In this document: in pieces, positions 36,640 through 50,889 of the stretch
How the letters are laid out: each line of letters opens with the position of its first letter
Position numbering within the stretch: position 1 is the first letter of the stretch
Assembly (NCBI GenBank): GCA_964016885.1
Contig: OZ024743.1
Location: forward strand, 166,594,001 to 166,658,000
DNA length: 64,000 nt
Direction: 5' to 3'
Origin: Eledone cirrhosa
Lineage: Eukaryota
The notes under the pieces: model-generated
What the model saw: the letters and a program-made list of their open reading frames with translations, nothing else
Database searches by the model: none
What the model was told of the DNA's origin: nothing
Translations under genes and position numbers: made by a program

Positions 36640-39600
36640 ACACACACACGATAGCAACTAACAGCGCTGCGATCGAATGTGGCTTTTTAGCCCAGCCAAT
36701 GATCTAAAATGTCTTGCACAGAGTCGGCAACTAAAACATTCACTGGGAATAGTCGGCTGTGGTTGGAGTTTGTGTACTTTTGCATGTCGCTTGAGCCCTC
36801 CTGCTGATTTACATTCTCTACCACATGTTTGGCAAGCATGATGAGTAGCATCTCCAACAGCAGCCTGGTAGTCAACCACTGGTCTTACTTTATGACTGCG
36901 AAGATGACTTTCGAGTCCAGCTTTGCTTAGGCAGAGTCTCGCACAGACGCTGCATGTCAGCACCATAGGAGGACCCTCGCCGTCTGGAAGTGCAACAGCA
37001 ATGCCCTTCCTCACATCCCACTTTACTTTCTCGTATGCGATTCGAGATGCCTCAAAGGCAACTTTTCCCTCATATACAGTCTTTCTCCATTTATTACGAT
37101 CAGCAGCAACATTTTCCCATGTATCAGCAGAGATGTTAGCGTCTTTCAAGGAATCCTTATACCTCTTTTTTAGTTTATGTGGCAGTCGTTTTCCTCCATA
37201 AAAGAGTTGTTTTGGTATTCTAGAATCCTTCATCCTGGCAAGGTGACCACTCTAACAGAGTCGTTGCTTAAGCACAAGAGCTTCTATACTGTCACACAGA
37301 GCTTTCCAAAATCTCGATATCACTGATGTGGTCCTTCCAGTGAACACCATGGATCCGTCTGAGGCACATCTGATGGAAACGCTCCAATTGCTTAAGGTGG
37401 TGTCGATATGTGACCCAGGTCTCGCAGGCAGAAAGAAGAGAAGAAAGCGCACATGCCTTGTACACCTTTACCTTTGTCCTCCTGCATATGTCTTGCCGAC
37501 CCCAGAGTCGCCTTTCTAGCTTTCCGAAAGCATCACTTGCTTTCCTAATCCTGATTGACAGTGCTTCCCAGGTAGACAAACTGATCAACCACTCCAAGTC
37601 GTTTACCATACACATAGATATTTGGTTCACTGTACTGCTTACCAGGGGCAGGTTGGTACATGACGGTTTTCTTGAGACTGACAGTCAATCCTAGGGCAGT
37701 GCAAGCCTCAGAAAATGCATTCAAAATGTGCTGCATATCACTCTCTGTGCGCGCTACAAGATCGCAATCATCTGCATACAAGAGGTCTCTTATGATTGAT
37801 GTAAATACTTTTGTCTTTGCAGCAAAGCGCCTGATGTTAAATATGCTGCCTGAGGTTCGATATCGGATGTAAACACCATGCTCGCAATTCCTGGATGCAA
37901 TACAGAAAACCATTGCAAAGTATATGGCAAACAGGGTCGGTGCTGGAATATCCCCCTATTTCACTCCATATTTTACTGAGATAGGCTCCGACGTTAACCC
38001 AAGCTTTCATGTCGTCATGGAAAGACCTAACTAAAGCAAGGAACTTATCAGGGCAACCAAGTTTCTGGAGAACCTTCCATAATGCATTTCTGTTAACAGT
38101 ATCAAAAGCTTTTGTCAGATCGACAAAAACCCGATACCGATCAAAACCTTGTTCCATGCACTTCTCCTGGAGCTGTCTAGCTGAGAAGATCATATCAGTA
38201 GTGCCGCGTCCAGCATGAAAACCAGATTGACTTTCAGGAAGAACACAATCTGCAATGTGCGTCAGCAGACGGTCCAGAAGCAGCCTACATAAAACTTTCC
38301 CTACGACAGAAAGCAATGATATACCTCTGTAGTTTCCACAATCATTCCTGTTACCCTTTCCCTTGTACAAGACCACCATTACTGCATCTCTCCAGTCCTC
38401 AAGTACAGATTCATTAGCCCATATCCTGCCAAACAAAGAGTGAAGATGTTGCAGGAGTCTCTCACCACCATATTGTAGGAGCTCAGCATGTATGCCATCC
38501 ATACCTGGAGACCTTCCACTGTTCAGCTTCGAGATAGCCACTGCAACCTCCACAAGCGTCGGAGGTTCTGCGAGAGCTACTTTCACAGGACTTTCTGGAA
38601 TGAGATTGAGGAAATCTTCATTGACGACAGATGGCTGATTCAAAAGATCATCAAAGTGCTCTCGCCACCTTCGTAGAATTCCTTGTGAGTCACGAAGAAG
38701 TTCTTTGCCATCCTTGCTGCGAAGCGGTGTCACTAGAGAAGAAGACGGTCCATAAACCTCACGCAAGAGACTGTACAACAGCTTTGTGTTATTGGAATCA
38801 GACGCAGTTTGTATCTCACCAGCCTTCTCACTCCACCACTGATCCTTCATCTGAGAAAGACTCCGCCGAACACGTGATTTTACATCCTTGAGTTCCTCAT
38901 GCAACGTATTCCTCTCCTCTGGTTTTGCCGTCAAGTAGCGTAACAGAGCACGCCTCTTATCAGCCAACAAGTCTTCTATATGTACATCATTCTCATTAAA
39001 CCAGTCCTGATGTTTTCTCTGCACCAATTCCAGAACACGCTTGCCTACATCATAAACCGACTTTTTAAGGGTCGGCCAATCCTCACCAAGATCTGCAACC
39101 TGCATCTCTTCTTCCAATGTCCTCTTCACATTTTTATCCTTAAGACGAGCAGCATTCAATCTTTTGGGCAGGGCAACACCAGGAGCCCGGATTTTACTTT
39201 TAGTGATTAGTTTCACTTTTGCGCGTACCAGACGGTGGTCCGTCCAGCACTCAGCTCCACGAAGAGCACGAACACACTGCACATCCTGTCTGTCACGCAT
39301 CCTGACTAGGACGTAGTCCAAAAGATGCCATTCCTTAGATGCAGGATGCATCCATGTGGTCTTGAATTTATTCTTTTGTCGGAACATGGTGTTGGTAACA
39401 CACAGATCCAGCTCCTCACACATCTGCAGCAGGAGTATACCATTGTTGTTACACTTTCCCACCCCATGCCTTCCGATTACATTCAATGTGTTAAAATCCC
39501 TACCCACTCTAGCATTAAAGTCACCAAGCATGATGACTGTCTGCCTGAGGGATATTTCTTAAAACACCTTTCAAGGCATGGTAAAAGAACACTTTTTCAT

Positions 39601-39998
39601 CATCGACAGAATTCATAGTTGGAGCATACACACTCACCAGGGTCGCATATCTTCCTTTGTCCAGCGGAATTCTCATGGACATAAGACGCTCACTAATCCC
39701 TACTGGGAATTCTTCTAATTTATTCACAAGAACAGTCTTAACAGCAAATCCTACCCCAGCCTCTCTTCTGGTTCCTTCATCTCTTCCTTTCCAGAAGAAT
39801 GTATATTCTCCACAAAATTCCGTAAGATGACCATCTCCAGCTAACCTCGTCTCAGATAAAGCCATGATGTCAAGATCGTAACGTCGAAGCTCCTTTGCAA
39901 CAAGAGCGGTCCTTCGTTCAGGACACTCCAAGGAATCCCAGTCAAGCAGCGTCCGTACGTTCCAGCAGCCAAGACTAAATGCCTTGTTTGGCTCTATT
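36640..39998 (-). mobile_element. RTE/BovB-like LINE, nearly complete ORF (EN-RT-3x C2H2), several frameshifts
   Basis: WNVRTLLD..ERRTALV..LSETRL; GDFNARVG; TDH; FVDLTKAFDTV; LLYADD; RIPKQLFYG; CxxC..H fingers at the C-terminus. Confidence 0.93.
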
Positions 39999-41568
39999 AC
40001 AATGGCACGATGACGAGCGGGCCCAGGCTGTGATAACCTGGGGCCCCTGCTCTTATTGCCAATTATCTCTTTTATATTGTTCTGGAACATCATTGAATTG
40101 GGGAGAAAAAAAAAAAAAAGTAATAATAATAGTAACAATAATAATAATAATACACTATTAATGATTAGTAATTAATGCAATCGTGCAATGCCTGTGTGTG
40201 ACGAATATTTTTAAAGTGAGGAAAGACTGTGCACTGAGCCAATCCCACTCTCTGAGCGACAGTAGCTATAACCCGAAAAGAAGAAAAGATCAACATCATC
40301 GGTAACTACTGAGCCGCAGGTTTTATGTCGGAGTTAACCCAGTTTCCTGAGATGTCTTCTTCTAGAAGAATGCCCTGACAAGGGCTAGGGGTTCTTCACT
40401 CCCAGTGGTTTAACTGCGCGATCGAGCATCCAGCCCGATTATTTCTATGTCCCTGCGCGAAAAAAAACAAAAAAACTCACTTATTGACACTTATACGTAC
40501 GACATACAAACATGCGCACACACACACATAGCAACACTCATACATACAAACAAACAAACACACACACGCTACTCACTTACACACACATATATATATATAT
40601 ATATATATTACCGTCATTACTGATACAAGATTATGTCAATTGTTGACTTTCAAGAGTCCGTATAGTTGAAGCCGTTCGTATTACAGTTCAGTATTATTAT
40701 AATTGCTTCACAGCATAGAGCTATGGCTCTCCACGCTCTGAGCTCAAATCCCGCCGAGGTCAACCTTGCCTTTCATCCCAACGGAGTCAACAAAAGAGAG
40801 TACCAGTAATGCGCTGGGCCAGTCGCTGGATCCGTGCCAAAAGCAGAAAAATTATTATTATTATTAAAGTTGTTTTCTTAAGGCCCGGTCGCTGGTGATG
40901 GCGGCAGTTGATGTTGTTGTGTTGTGTGCGCGTTTTGTTATTTTATTTTTATCGTTTAATGCCGCTGTTGTTGTAAATGTTCATTTCAATTCATTCTGAA
41001 GCTGTTCTTGCTGTAAACATTAGTGCCGGTGTTGTTGTAGATGTTGGGGTTGAAATCTGTTTGACAACAGGTCGGTGACTTTAGTCTAGATAGGGTAATG
41101 ACATGTGTAAATGTAAATGTGATGGTGGGGAGAGAGTGTAGACGTTAGTGTGAGATGTATCTAGTTCATTTGTCCGTTTTCTTTTTGCAAAATTTGAATT
41201 TTAGCCATGTTATATCGAGATGTAAGTAAATGTAAAATGTAAAATATAAATAAGGATTGCTCTGGTAAAATATACAAAAATATTTGTGTAACTTCCACAA
41301 ACTTCTGTCGTGACCCCAAAAAATTGTTGTATTTTGATGTTTCAGAATACAAAAATTAATTAAAAACTTACCCCACGTAAAAAGACAGCGTATGTTGTCC
41401 TATTATTAATAGTGTATTATTATTATTATTGTTACTATTATTATTACTTTTTTTTTTTTTTCTCCCCAATTCAATGATGTTCCAGAACAATATAAAAGAG
41501 ATAATTGGCAATAAGGGCAGGGGCCCCAGGTTATCACAGCCTGGGCCCACTCGTCATCGTGCCATTGT
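39999..41568. mobile_element. Non-autonomous DNA transposon with about 164-bp TIRs (39999-40162 / 41405-41568)
   Basis: ACAATGGCACGATGACGAG.GGGCCCAGG...TACACTATTAAT, with two mismatches noticed between arms. No TSD recognised. Contains a SINE-like fragment near 40730-40810. Confidence 0.8.
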
Positions 41569-41796
41569 CCTATCTATAAGCTCCTTTAATGTATATACAT
41601 ACATATATACATACATACACACACACACACATAACTAATTCACATATAACACGCTCGCACTAATTCTGCTAAAAAAGTAAGTAAGTAATACTAATTTTAG
41701 TTAATTCTTCATTACTTAATTGAAATAGAGTGTAATCCATTAATAATATGGTCACAAAATGGGTTAATACAAAAAGAAACATCAAGCAATACTTAC

Positions 41797-42000
41797 CCTT
41801 TCAACTGGTGGCTCTTCAACCTTTTCTTCATCTGACACTTCTATATGTTTCTCCATATCATCATCTACTTCATCTTCAAGATCACCTCCTTCTTTGATTC
41901 CAGTAAAATAGTCATTATCTTTATCACTTTCATTTGCCCTCACAAATGAAGGGACACACAGTGCAATTAACAGAAATACTAAATTTGTTCTCAAAAACAT
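41797..42000 (-). CDS. CANX: Calnexin, first coding exon (signal peptide + acidic N-terminus)
   Basis: ATG at 42000; MFLRTNLVFLLIALCVPSFVRA hydrophobic signal then D/E-rich segment; GTAAGT donor at 41796 (phase 0). A polypyrimidine+CAG acceptor at 42013-42012 implies an upstream non-coding exon. Confidence 0.9.
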
Positions 42001-43309
42001 ACTTGGGGTTTCTGGTAGGAAGAAAAAGAAAAAAAGAAATGAAAACTCAAATATTTAAGAAAATAGGTAATAAGCAAATTTTATAAATGAAATATAAACA
42101 AGGTGGTTGTGTTTGCTTCATAACCATAGGGGTTCTTGGTTCAGTCCTGCTATGTGGTTCCTTGGGCATGTGTCTTCTACAACTTTAGGTTGATAAATGC
42201 CATATGTGAGGAATTTGGTAAACAGAAACTTGAGAAGCCCATCATGCCACCATAGCTTTATGTAAGAACCTTTGTTAAGTTAAGTTATGTTCCAAATACC
42301 AGATAAATTATGAGAAGGGTGGTCAACTGAACTCATCATCATCTTTTCACATGTACTTTCCATGCTGATGAGTTGTCACAGAGACTAAATGGATTGGAGA
42401 GACCACATCTTGCTCATATGTTTCGTATTTTTGCTTGGTTTCAATGGGTGAATGTCCTTAACACCAACCATTTTACAGAGTGTATAGGGTACATTTTATC
42501 ATGGCAAAGCAATCATTCATCATATAAAGTAACTATCCAAAAAACATGCTGTACAGAAAAGTTTATGTGCAATCTCCAGCAATTATAGATCAAGTTATGC
42601 ACTGAGCAAGATATCTCAAATAATAAAAGTAATTAGCTAACCCAACATTTAAACAAAACTACATATTTAACCCTTTTGTTACTAAATTTTGAATAAAAGA
42701 CGTTTATAATTTTCAAATAATCAAGAATTTGGAGCGATTTAGTAATCTGATCAACTTCCTCATTAAGTTAGAACATAAAAGCTCTTACACAGAATTATGA
42801 TAAGTTTTAAGATAAATATAAAACACTTAAAAATAAATAGCTTTATGTCACAATCTCAGAATCAGTGGTGGTTCGGATCAACCGGGTTAAGATAGCTAAC
42901 CTATAATCCTTTCATTTTTGCTTATAATGACTTTCATTATTTAATCTAATAAATGTTGGAGCCTCAAGGTATTTAGTCATCATCATCATCATCATCTTCG
43001 TTTAACGTCCATTTTCCACGCTAGCATGGGTTAGACGATATATAGTCAGTCTTTTATATTACAAGTTCAAAATTAGCTGAAGTCAACATTGCCTTTCATT
43101 AGAGGACAATAAAGTACCATCAAAATACTGTAGATTAATTTCATTGACTGCCTACCAAACTATGTGGCCTTGTGCCAATGTTAGTAATCTTTAACTGCTA
43201 TTTGAGAAGTCCAGTGAAACCTTTGTGAAGATTTAAACATGTGATTAATGCTATCTTTTATTCATTGAAAAAGTTTTTATATTATTTTCAACAACACAGT
43301 GTACCTAGT

Positions 43310-43890
43310 AATATGTTAGGTTGTCAAAAATGCCACAGCTACTACTCTCATGTCAAAACATGTATCTTTTGATGTCGAAAAGGGGCAGAATATGTTCCTG
43401 GATTCTCAGAAACTTCCAGTCGACAGATATCTAAACTGTCATCTTCTCTTCTCCACTTTTGCCCGACCTCACCTTGAATACTGTTGTGCACTGTGATCTC
43501 CCCACGTGAAACAAAGTATCATGAAAGTTTAAGCACCTCAAAAGTCAATCACAAAAAAGATAGATGGCATGACAGGCCTTGACTATTGGGGTCGACAAGA
43601 AAAACCCAAACTTTATTCTCTCCAATGCCGCCATGAGTGCTACATCATCTATATTAATGTGGAAAATATTCCATCAGCATTGCCAAAATGCTGTTGACAT
43701 CACCTTTAAGGTACACCCAAGGCTTGGACCCCATGCTATCCTCCCATGACAAAAATCAAACTCGCATCTCAACAAAAATACGGTACAATTATTTCACTTC
43801 AATTGGCCCCACTTTCTTTAACATAACACTAAAACACATTCAAACAGAAACAGACCCCACCAAGTTCAAGAAGTCTTTGGACAAATAGCT
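43310..43890 (+). mobile_element. Decayed CR1-like LINE 3' fragment
   Basis: Homologous to 62610-63200 (RPHLEYC, IRYNYFTSIGP, FKKSLDK). Confidence 0.85.
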
Positions 43891-44899
43891 GTTTATATGT
43901 GCGTATAGATATTTGTAATGGAAAATCGCTCATATAGAATAGCCAGGTTGATAATGACAGAGGCTAGGAAATCGCCATTTCCTAGCAAACAAACATGCAA
44001 AATCTTGAAAGATTTTACATTAGTCTGAATAGAGAGAGTAGAGAAGATAAGTGAAAAATTGTCAATTTCCTTCTTTCGATGTTTATTTATTTATTATATA
44101 TATTGTTGTTATTATCATTGGCTGTGCCACAACATTGTGCTTCGACATTGTTTTTCGAATTACACCACGTTGGTCATTATGCTTCTCCTTTAACCCATCA
44201 CATCCCGTTCTCTTTCTCTCTCTCATTCATTCCAGTGGTATGAAGCTAGACAGGCAGATTTCTGAAAGGCTACATGGATTCTTAAATACTTTTAACCTAT
44301 CCCAGTCATTCATAGATATTATTTTTCCTCTCTTGCAGGTATCTGCCTTCCTCAATTTCAAAATGTCCTGTTCACATTGTTATTTTTATTATCATTGGCT
44401 GTGCTACAACTTGTATACTTAGACATTGTTTTTCGAATTACACCACGTTGGTCATTATGTTTCTCTCTCTGCGAAAGTCATCCCTAACCCGTCATCACCC
44501 CCTCTTCTCTCATACATTCATTTCGATGTTTATGAAGCTAGGTTAGGCATATTTGCCTTGTCCAATATGCCTACTTGCACCAAGCTGCCTAAATCACCTA
44601 TGATAATATATGCGTGATGGCTGCCTATCTCACAATTTCCCTCCCTCACCCATAGGCTATTCGACCAATCAAACCTCAACCCATTATCAGCCCCAACAAA
44701 TACTGCCATTACTACTACTACTACTACTACTGCACTCCTAGCCCTTACCAGCCCCAACAAACTGCCATTACTACTACTGTCATTCTAGCCATGCACTAAA
44801 TAATAATTATTATTTTACTGATATCTATGGATGACCTGAGGATAAATGGAACAACCCCGAATTAATAAATGAATATGAATCCGTGAGTTACCAAACACC

Positions 44900-47800
44900 C
44901 ATGCAAAGCTTTAATCCATAGACAGGAAGCATACACACTCCCCCGCAAAAATTCACCCCATCCTACGAGTGATGGCAAATGTCCAAATTCCGAGTTGGAA
45001 CCATCAATGTAGGCACAATGAAAGAAGAGCAGGAGAAATTGTAGAGATGCTAGAGCGAAAGGAAATTGATGTATGCTGTGTGCAAGAGACTAGATGGAGA
45101 GGAGAGTCTGTTAGAGTCCTCATAGGCAAAAGTCAGTGTTACAAATTTTTCTGGGTGAGAAATGACAACAGGATGGGAAGTGTAGGTATACTATTAGCTG
45201 ACAAATGGGTTGATAAGGTAATCTCAGTGAACAGGGTGAATGCAAGAATCATTAAACTCAGACTAGTCCTGAATAAAACAATTGCCACAATATCAGCTTA
45301 CAAACCCCAATCGAGGTTGCCAGACGAACTTAAGGATAGGTTTTATGAGTCCCTAATGCACACTACTGCCCTAACAAATGACAATGACTTCCTAATCATT
45401 GCAGGAGATTTTAACGGACACGTTGGTAAACACTGTGATGGCTTCTATAGAGTCCATGGAGGCCACGGGTTTGGCACAAGAAATGAAGAAGGCTTCAGGC
45501 TTCTGGAATTCTGCGACGCCAATGACATGTCGATATGTAACACAAACTTCAAAAAACACGACAACCATCTGATCACCTATAGATCAGGGGAGCATTCTAG
45601 TCATATAGATTTTATTCTCATCAGAGGGCGTGATAGATGAACGGTTGTAAACACAAAAGCCTTCCCTGGTGAGGAAGGAACTTCCCAACATAACTTAGTT
45701 GTCAGCGACCTCACTGTCAAAACTAGACAAACTTGGAAACAGAAGGCAAACTGATGAAGAAAGATCTGGAAGCTGAAAGATTCCTCAGCCAGTAACAGAT
45801 TTAAAGATATTCTACTCGACACCTATGACAGTAAAAAAGAAATGATAGAGACATTCAATGTAGAAGAGCACTGGGAGTTCCTAAAAAATAACTTACTAAA
45901 GGCGACGGACGAGATCTGTGGTTGGAGCAAGACTACAGGCAGGGGGAGAGTGACTTGGTGGTGGAACAATAAGGTAGATGAGGCAGTTAAGGCTAAGAGA
46001 CAGGCATGGAAAGAATGGAAGAATGTGGTAAGCAGGGTACATTACATAGAGACCAGGAGGGAAGCTAGGCGACAAGTATACTTAGCTAGGAGGGAAGCAG
46101 AGGATAGAAAATTCAAGCATGTTTTGCAATGTGAGGACCAGAACCAGGAGGTGTTCAAGATTGCGAGGCAGTGTGTCAGAGAGAATTGTGATGTCATTGG
46201 AGAGAAGTGTATCCGGAATGATAAAGGTGAGCTTGCCCTCACAAGTGTTGAGAAGAAAGATGCGTGGAAAAGCCATTATGAAAGATTACTCTATGAGGAA
46301 AATGCATGGGAAAAAGAGACCTTACCCCAAGCGGACCCTATAGAGGGGCCAGCAGTACAAGTCAGCAGCAGCGAGGTAAGTAAGGCAATCAAAGATATGA
46401 AGACAGGGAAGGCAACCGGGTTCGTAGGCCACACCATAACCACACAAATTGTTAACCAGATAATACTAGAGGGTATCATACCAAATGATTGGTGCAGCAG
46501 CATCATTGTCAACTGCTACAAGGGTAAAGGTGATGCACTAGATAGAGGAAACTATAGAGGTATAAAGCTGATGGACCAGGTCATGAAAGTAATGGAAAGA
46601 GTTATAGCACAGTTGATTAGGGACCATGTAAAACTAGATGAGATGCAATTTGGGTTTGTACCAGGAAATGGCACCACTGATGATCTCTTCCTTGTGAGGC
46701 AGTTACAGGAAAAGTAAACCACTCTACCTGCTAAAAGTAAGCCGCTCTACCTGGCTAAAAGTAAGCCGCTCTACCTGGTATTCATCGATCTGGAAAAAGC
46801 CTTCGACAGAGTTCCATGTGCTATAATCTGGTGGGCTCTTAGAAAATTAGGAGTAGATGAATGGCTTGTCAAAGCTGTACAAGCCATGGATAGAGGAACA
46901 GTCAGCAAAGTTAGGGTTAGCAATGACTATAACGAGGAATTTAGCATACAGGTCGGTGTCCACCAGGGCTCTGTTCTTAGCCCTCTCCTGTTCATTATAG
47001 TTTTGCAGACAATAACGGAGGAATTTAAAACTGGATGCCCATGGGGACTCCTATATGTGGATGATCTCACACTTATAGCTGAATCTATGGTGGAACTAGA
47101 GAAGAAATTCCAAACATGGAAGCAGGGACTAGAAAGAAAGGGTCTCAAAGTCAACCTGACAAAGACTAAGGTCGTTGTAAGTAGACGAGAAAACAGAACC
47201 CAGATCCCCTTAGGGAAATGGCCTTGCTCAGTATGTAGGAACTCCATCTTCTGTCCCAAATGAAAACAATGGGTACACAAGAGATGTAGCGGGATCTGAG
47301 GAAGCTTAACTAAGAATGTAGGCTTCATATGTAGCAGCCGCGCTGGGACAGCAAGCAGCAAACGACCACAGGAAACAAGCACCACCAAACTCTGGGAGGG
47401 CTCTATATAAACAGTAGACAGCTTCTGCTACCTAGGTGACCGAATTAGCAGTGGAGGTGGGTGTTCGGAAAGGACAATAACTAGTGTAAGAACGGGATGG
47501 AAGAAGTTCAGTGAGTTACTCCCACTGCTAGCTGCAAAAGGCTTTTCCCTCAAAATGAAAGGCAAACTGTATGATGCGTGTATACGAACAGCAATGTTAC
47601 ATGGTAGTGAGACCTGGGCGCTGTCTGTAGAAGAGTTGCGCAGATTAGAAAGAAACAAAGCTTGCATGCTCCGATGGATGTGTAATAGTAATATACGCGA
47701 ACAGCAAAGAATAAATGAATTGAGAGAGAGACTGAGCATAAGAGGAATCAAATGCTGTGTGCAGGAGAGGAGGTTGTGTTGGTATGGACACGTGATGTGT

Positions 47801-48305
47801 ATTAAGGATGATAGCTGCATAAAAAGGTGCAGAGCACTAGAAGTGGATGGAAGCCGCGGAGTGGGAAGACCCAAGCAGACCTGGGATGAGGTGATAAAAG
47901 CCGACCTTACCCAATTGCACTTCTCAAGGGCGATGAAACACGACCGTGACCTCTGGTGTCACGCAGTAATACAGAAGACCCAACTTCCTACGGGTACAAG
48001 CCGAAGCTGAAGCATATAGACAATATGCCCCCACCCCCTGCAAAGTGGTCGTGGAGATGCCACGGCAAAAAAGCACCCAGCCCACACTGTAAAGTGGACG
48101 TGTAAGCGCCACGGAAAAAAAGCACCCAGCACTCACTGTAATTGGTGTTAGGAAGGGCATCCAGCTGTATAAATCAAGCCAGAATCAGTTCCTGTATAAG
48201 CAAGACAAGGTCAGCCGACTGGATACTGCCCACAACAGGACAACCCGTCTAACCCATGTTAGCGTGGAAGAACAGATGTAAAACGGTGATGATGATGATG
48301 ATGAA
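44900..48305 (+). mobile_element. Near full-length RTE-type LINE (EN, RT, PHD-like finger), multiple stops and frameshifts
   Basis: GTINVGTM..GEIVEML..CCVQETRW; GDFNGHVG; RT motifs; 3' UTR with (GAT)n tail; short triplication at about 46712-46780. Confidence 0.93.
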
Positions 48306-48699
48306 ATATATGTACTAATGTCTATGTTTGTATTTATATAGCTGTTTATGTGTGTGTTGTGTATGTGCGTATATATATTCGTAACGGAAAAATCGCTCAT
48401 ATAGAATAGTTTATGATACCAAACCATTTAAAACCAGCTTTGGTTCTATGATACAAAGCTGTTTAAACTGTTCCTACTTAAACCTTGCATCACAGATTTT
48501 TTTTCTTTTTATTTATAAGAACATTTATTATGTTCAAAACACCAGATTAGTAATAAATCATTTTGCTAAATTTCTCCACATTCTTGATTATTTTCAAAAT
48601 GATTTGAAGATCATAGCCAGTGTCTTTTATTAGAAATATTGTAACAAAAGGGTTAACTCCCACATGATAATAAAGTAGAACCTCAATAATCTACCATCA

Positions 48700-49005
48700 C
48701 TACACAAAACTCCAATCATAAACTGTTATTGCTGGACCTCCAGTTCTGACAACGAATGTTCCAGCTGTTCAAACAGCCTGCTTGTGAAATCAACATTCTA
48801 GTGGCTGAGCATTCCAGACACATGGACGCCTAGAGAGATTCAGCATGACACAGAAAATGACAAGACTGACCTTAGAGGTACAACTCGGTTTTGTCAGCTG
48901 AGTGAACTGGAGCAAGGTGGAATAAAGTGTCTTGCTTAAGGGAATCAAACTCATGATCGTATGATCAGGAACCAAACACCTAAACCACTCAGTCAAGAGC
49001 TTTCA
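48700..49005 (-). mobile_element. Old tRNA-derived SINE (other decayed SINEs at about 590-690 (-), 42100-42240 and 49485-49800)
   Basis: Reverse strand gives GACTGAGTGGTTTAGGTG...CCCTTAAGCAAGACACTTTATTCCACCTTGCTCCAGTTCACTCAGCTG. Confidence 0.65.
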
Positions 49006-50089
49006 CAATAATAAACTAATGCACATATAAAACCTTTCAACATTTAACAAAAAAAAAAAAAAAAAAAAAAAAATTCATCCCACTATGTAGAAATCAATAA
49101 AAATAAATTAGGATCAGTCACAGAAACAAAGAGGAGACCTCGTAGGATAGAGTAAGGAGACAGGCTGTAAATTTTATTGTTTGGTTGGTATTGCCAACTG
49201 AACATAACAAAACCAGCAAAGACTATCCCAGAAAATTACATTTAACAAGAATGTGGAGAATAAACCATTCACCACATAGCAGCATCCATTATTGAGAATA
49301 AATATCAGATCAATAACTTGTTCATGATAAACAATTATGGTAGTTACAACCAGCACAAGTATATCCAATTCTAAGAATTCTCACTGAGAAAATTGATGTT
49401 GATTGCATGCTAAACTGTTGTTTATTGTATATAGTAAATCCCATAAACTAATGAAAATTAAAGCATGAAAATAAATACTGAATATTAGGCTGTGTGGTGA
49501 AGGAGGTCGCTTCACGACAACATAGTACTGGGTTCAGTTCCATTGCATGGCACCTTGAGTGTTTTCTATAATAGCCTCAAGTTGACCAATGCTTTGTGGG
49601 TGAAATTTGATAGATGGAAAGTGAAGGAGGTTGATATACGTATATGTGTTTCCATGTATATGTCTGTGTTAACATTTGCATTTATGTCCTGTAGCTTAGC
49701 AAGTTTGGCAAAAAAAAAATAAAAAGTGATAAAGTACGATACTTGAAAATATAAATCATGATGACCCAACATGGCCGGTCTAGTGGCTAAGACCAGTAAA
49801 AAAAAAAGGGGGGGGGGGGTAATCTTGTCTAATTCTTAAAAGAATACAAATGTGACAAAATAATTGATATATTTACACACACACCATCAACTCAATTTAT
49901 TTTTAAAATGATAGAAATATGAGAAGAAAAAAGATAAGAACAGTAAAGGCAGATCTGGTTGTATAAGAAAGTAGGGGAAAGGACTATAAATGCCATAAAT
50001 GTGAAGAAAAGGAAGGCAAGAACAAGTACTATTAAGAAATGGGAAAAAGAGAGGGGGAAGGGGAGAGGGCAACAGACTGTGCCTAGCGC

Positions 50090-50455
50090 GGAGCAGTGTT
50101 TCAGCTGTGCCCCACAGGTAAAACTGCAATCGCATTTCCATGGACAATGGCCAGGAACACCTGCTGCAACGGCCATGCCACCTCACAGGGCACCTTCCTC
50201 GGATTGGCTGCTGACGTTCCAATTTTATGGAAGAGCTTGGCAGTATGGGGTCTGAAGACGTCCGAGGTATCAACGGTGACCAGTACAATAAGGAAGCGCA
50301 GACAAGCTCCAGTATTTACTTATCATCTTGTCCACTGCATTGCGAGCCACAGTACCTGGGTTTGTAGCCGAAGTGACTAAGTAGGAGACAGAGAAAGTAT
50401 CACAGCATGTGGTGTCCCAGATGAGGGATTTACCTCCTTCGAATGGGAAGAGGGT
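50090..50455 (-). pseudogene. Restriction-like endonuclease remnant of a CRE/R2-group non-LTR element
   Basis: PFEGGKSLIWDTTCCDTF..SY....GTVA.....KY..L followed by LAIVHGNA; resembles the W-D-x-T ... KY ... QRGNA motifs of RLE retrotransposons. Confidence 0.65.
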
Positions 50456-50889
50456 AATTCTAAAATTGAACATTAATAACAAAAAAATTGAATGCTTAAT
50501 TCTTCAGACAGAAAACCCCCAAAGCTTTCTGAACATTTAAAAAAAAGTGTTTATAAAAATCAATTCTTTCATGACTATATTTAATTAAACAGAAAATAAT
50601 GAAATTTATTTTAGCATAAATATGGATAAAGCTATCACATTAACATAATGCTAATTAATCCCTTAATCTATGACACACACTAGTAATATGAAAAATTAAA
50701 TCAAATTTACAACTCACATCTATGTAGGTTTGCATCACATAGTAAATTTCTCAGGTGTTTTAATGACAGGATCCCGAGTCTTATTATGACATCAGTAATA
50801 TAATCTGTAGTGTATTATATTACACTTGATTTAGCTTTAGAAAAATATTTTTTGATGAATTGTAATTGTTGATATATATAAATATATCA

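Noticed and set aside
39521-40138. Signal-peptide-like MLLLLLLFFFF start on the LINE ORF
   Set aside because: It derives from (TTA)n/poly-T inside the neighbouring TIR, not from a real secretory signal.
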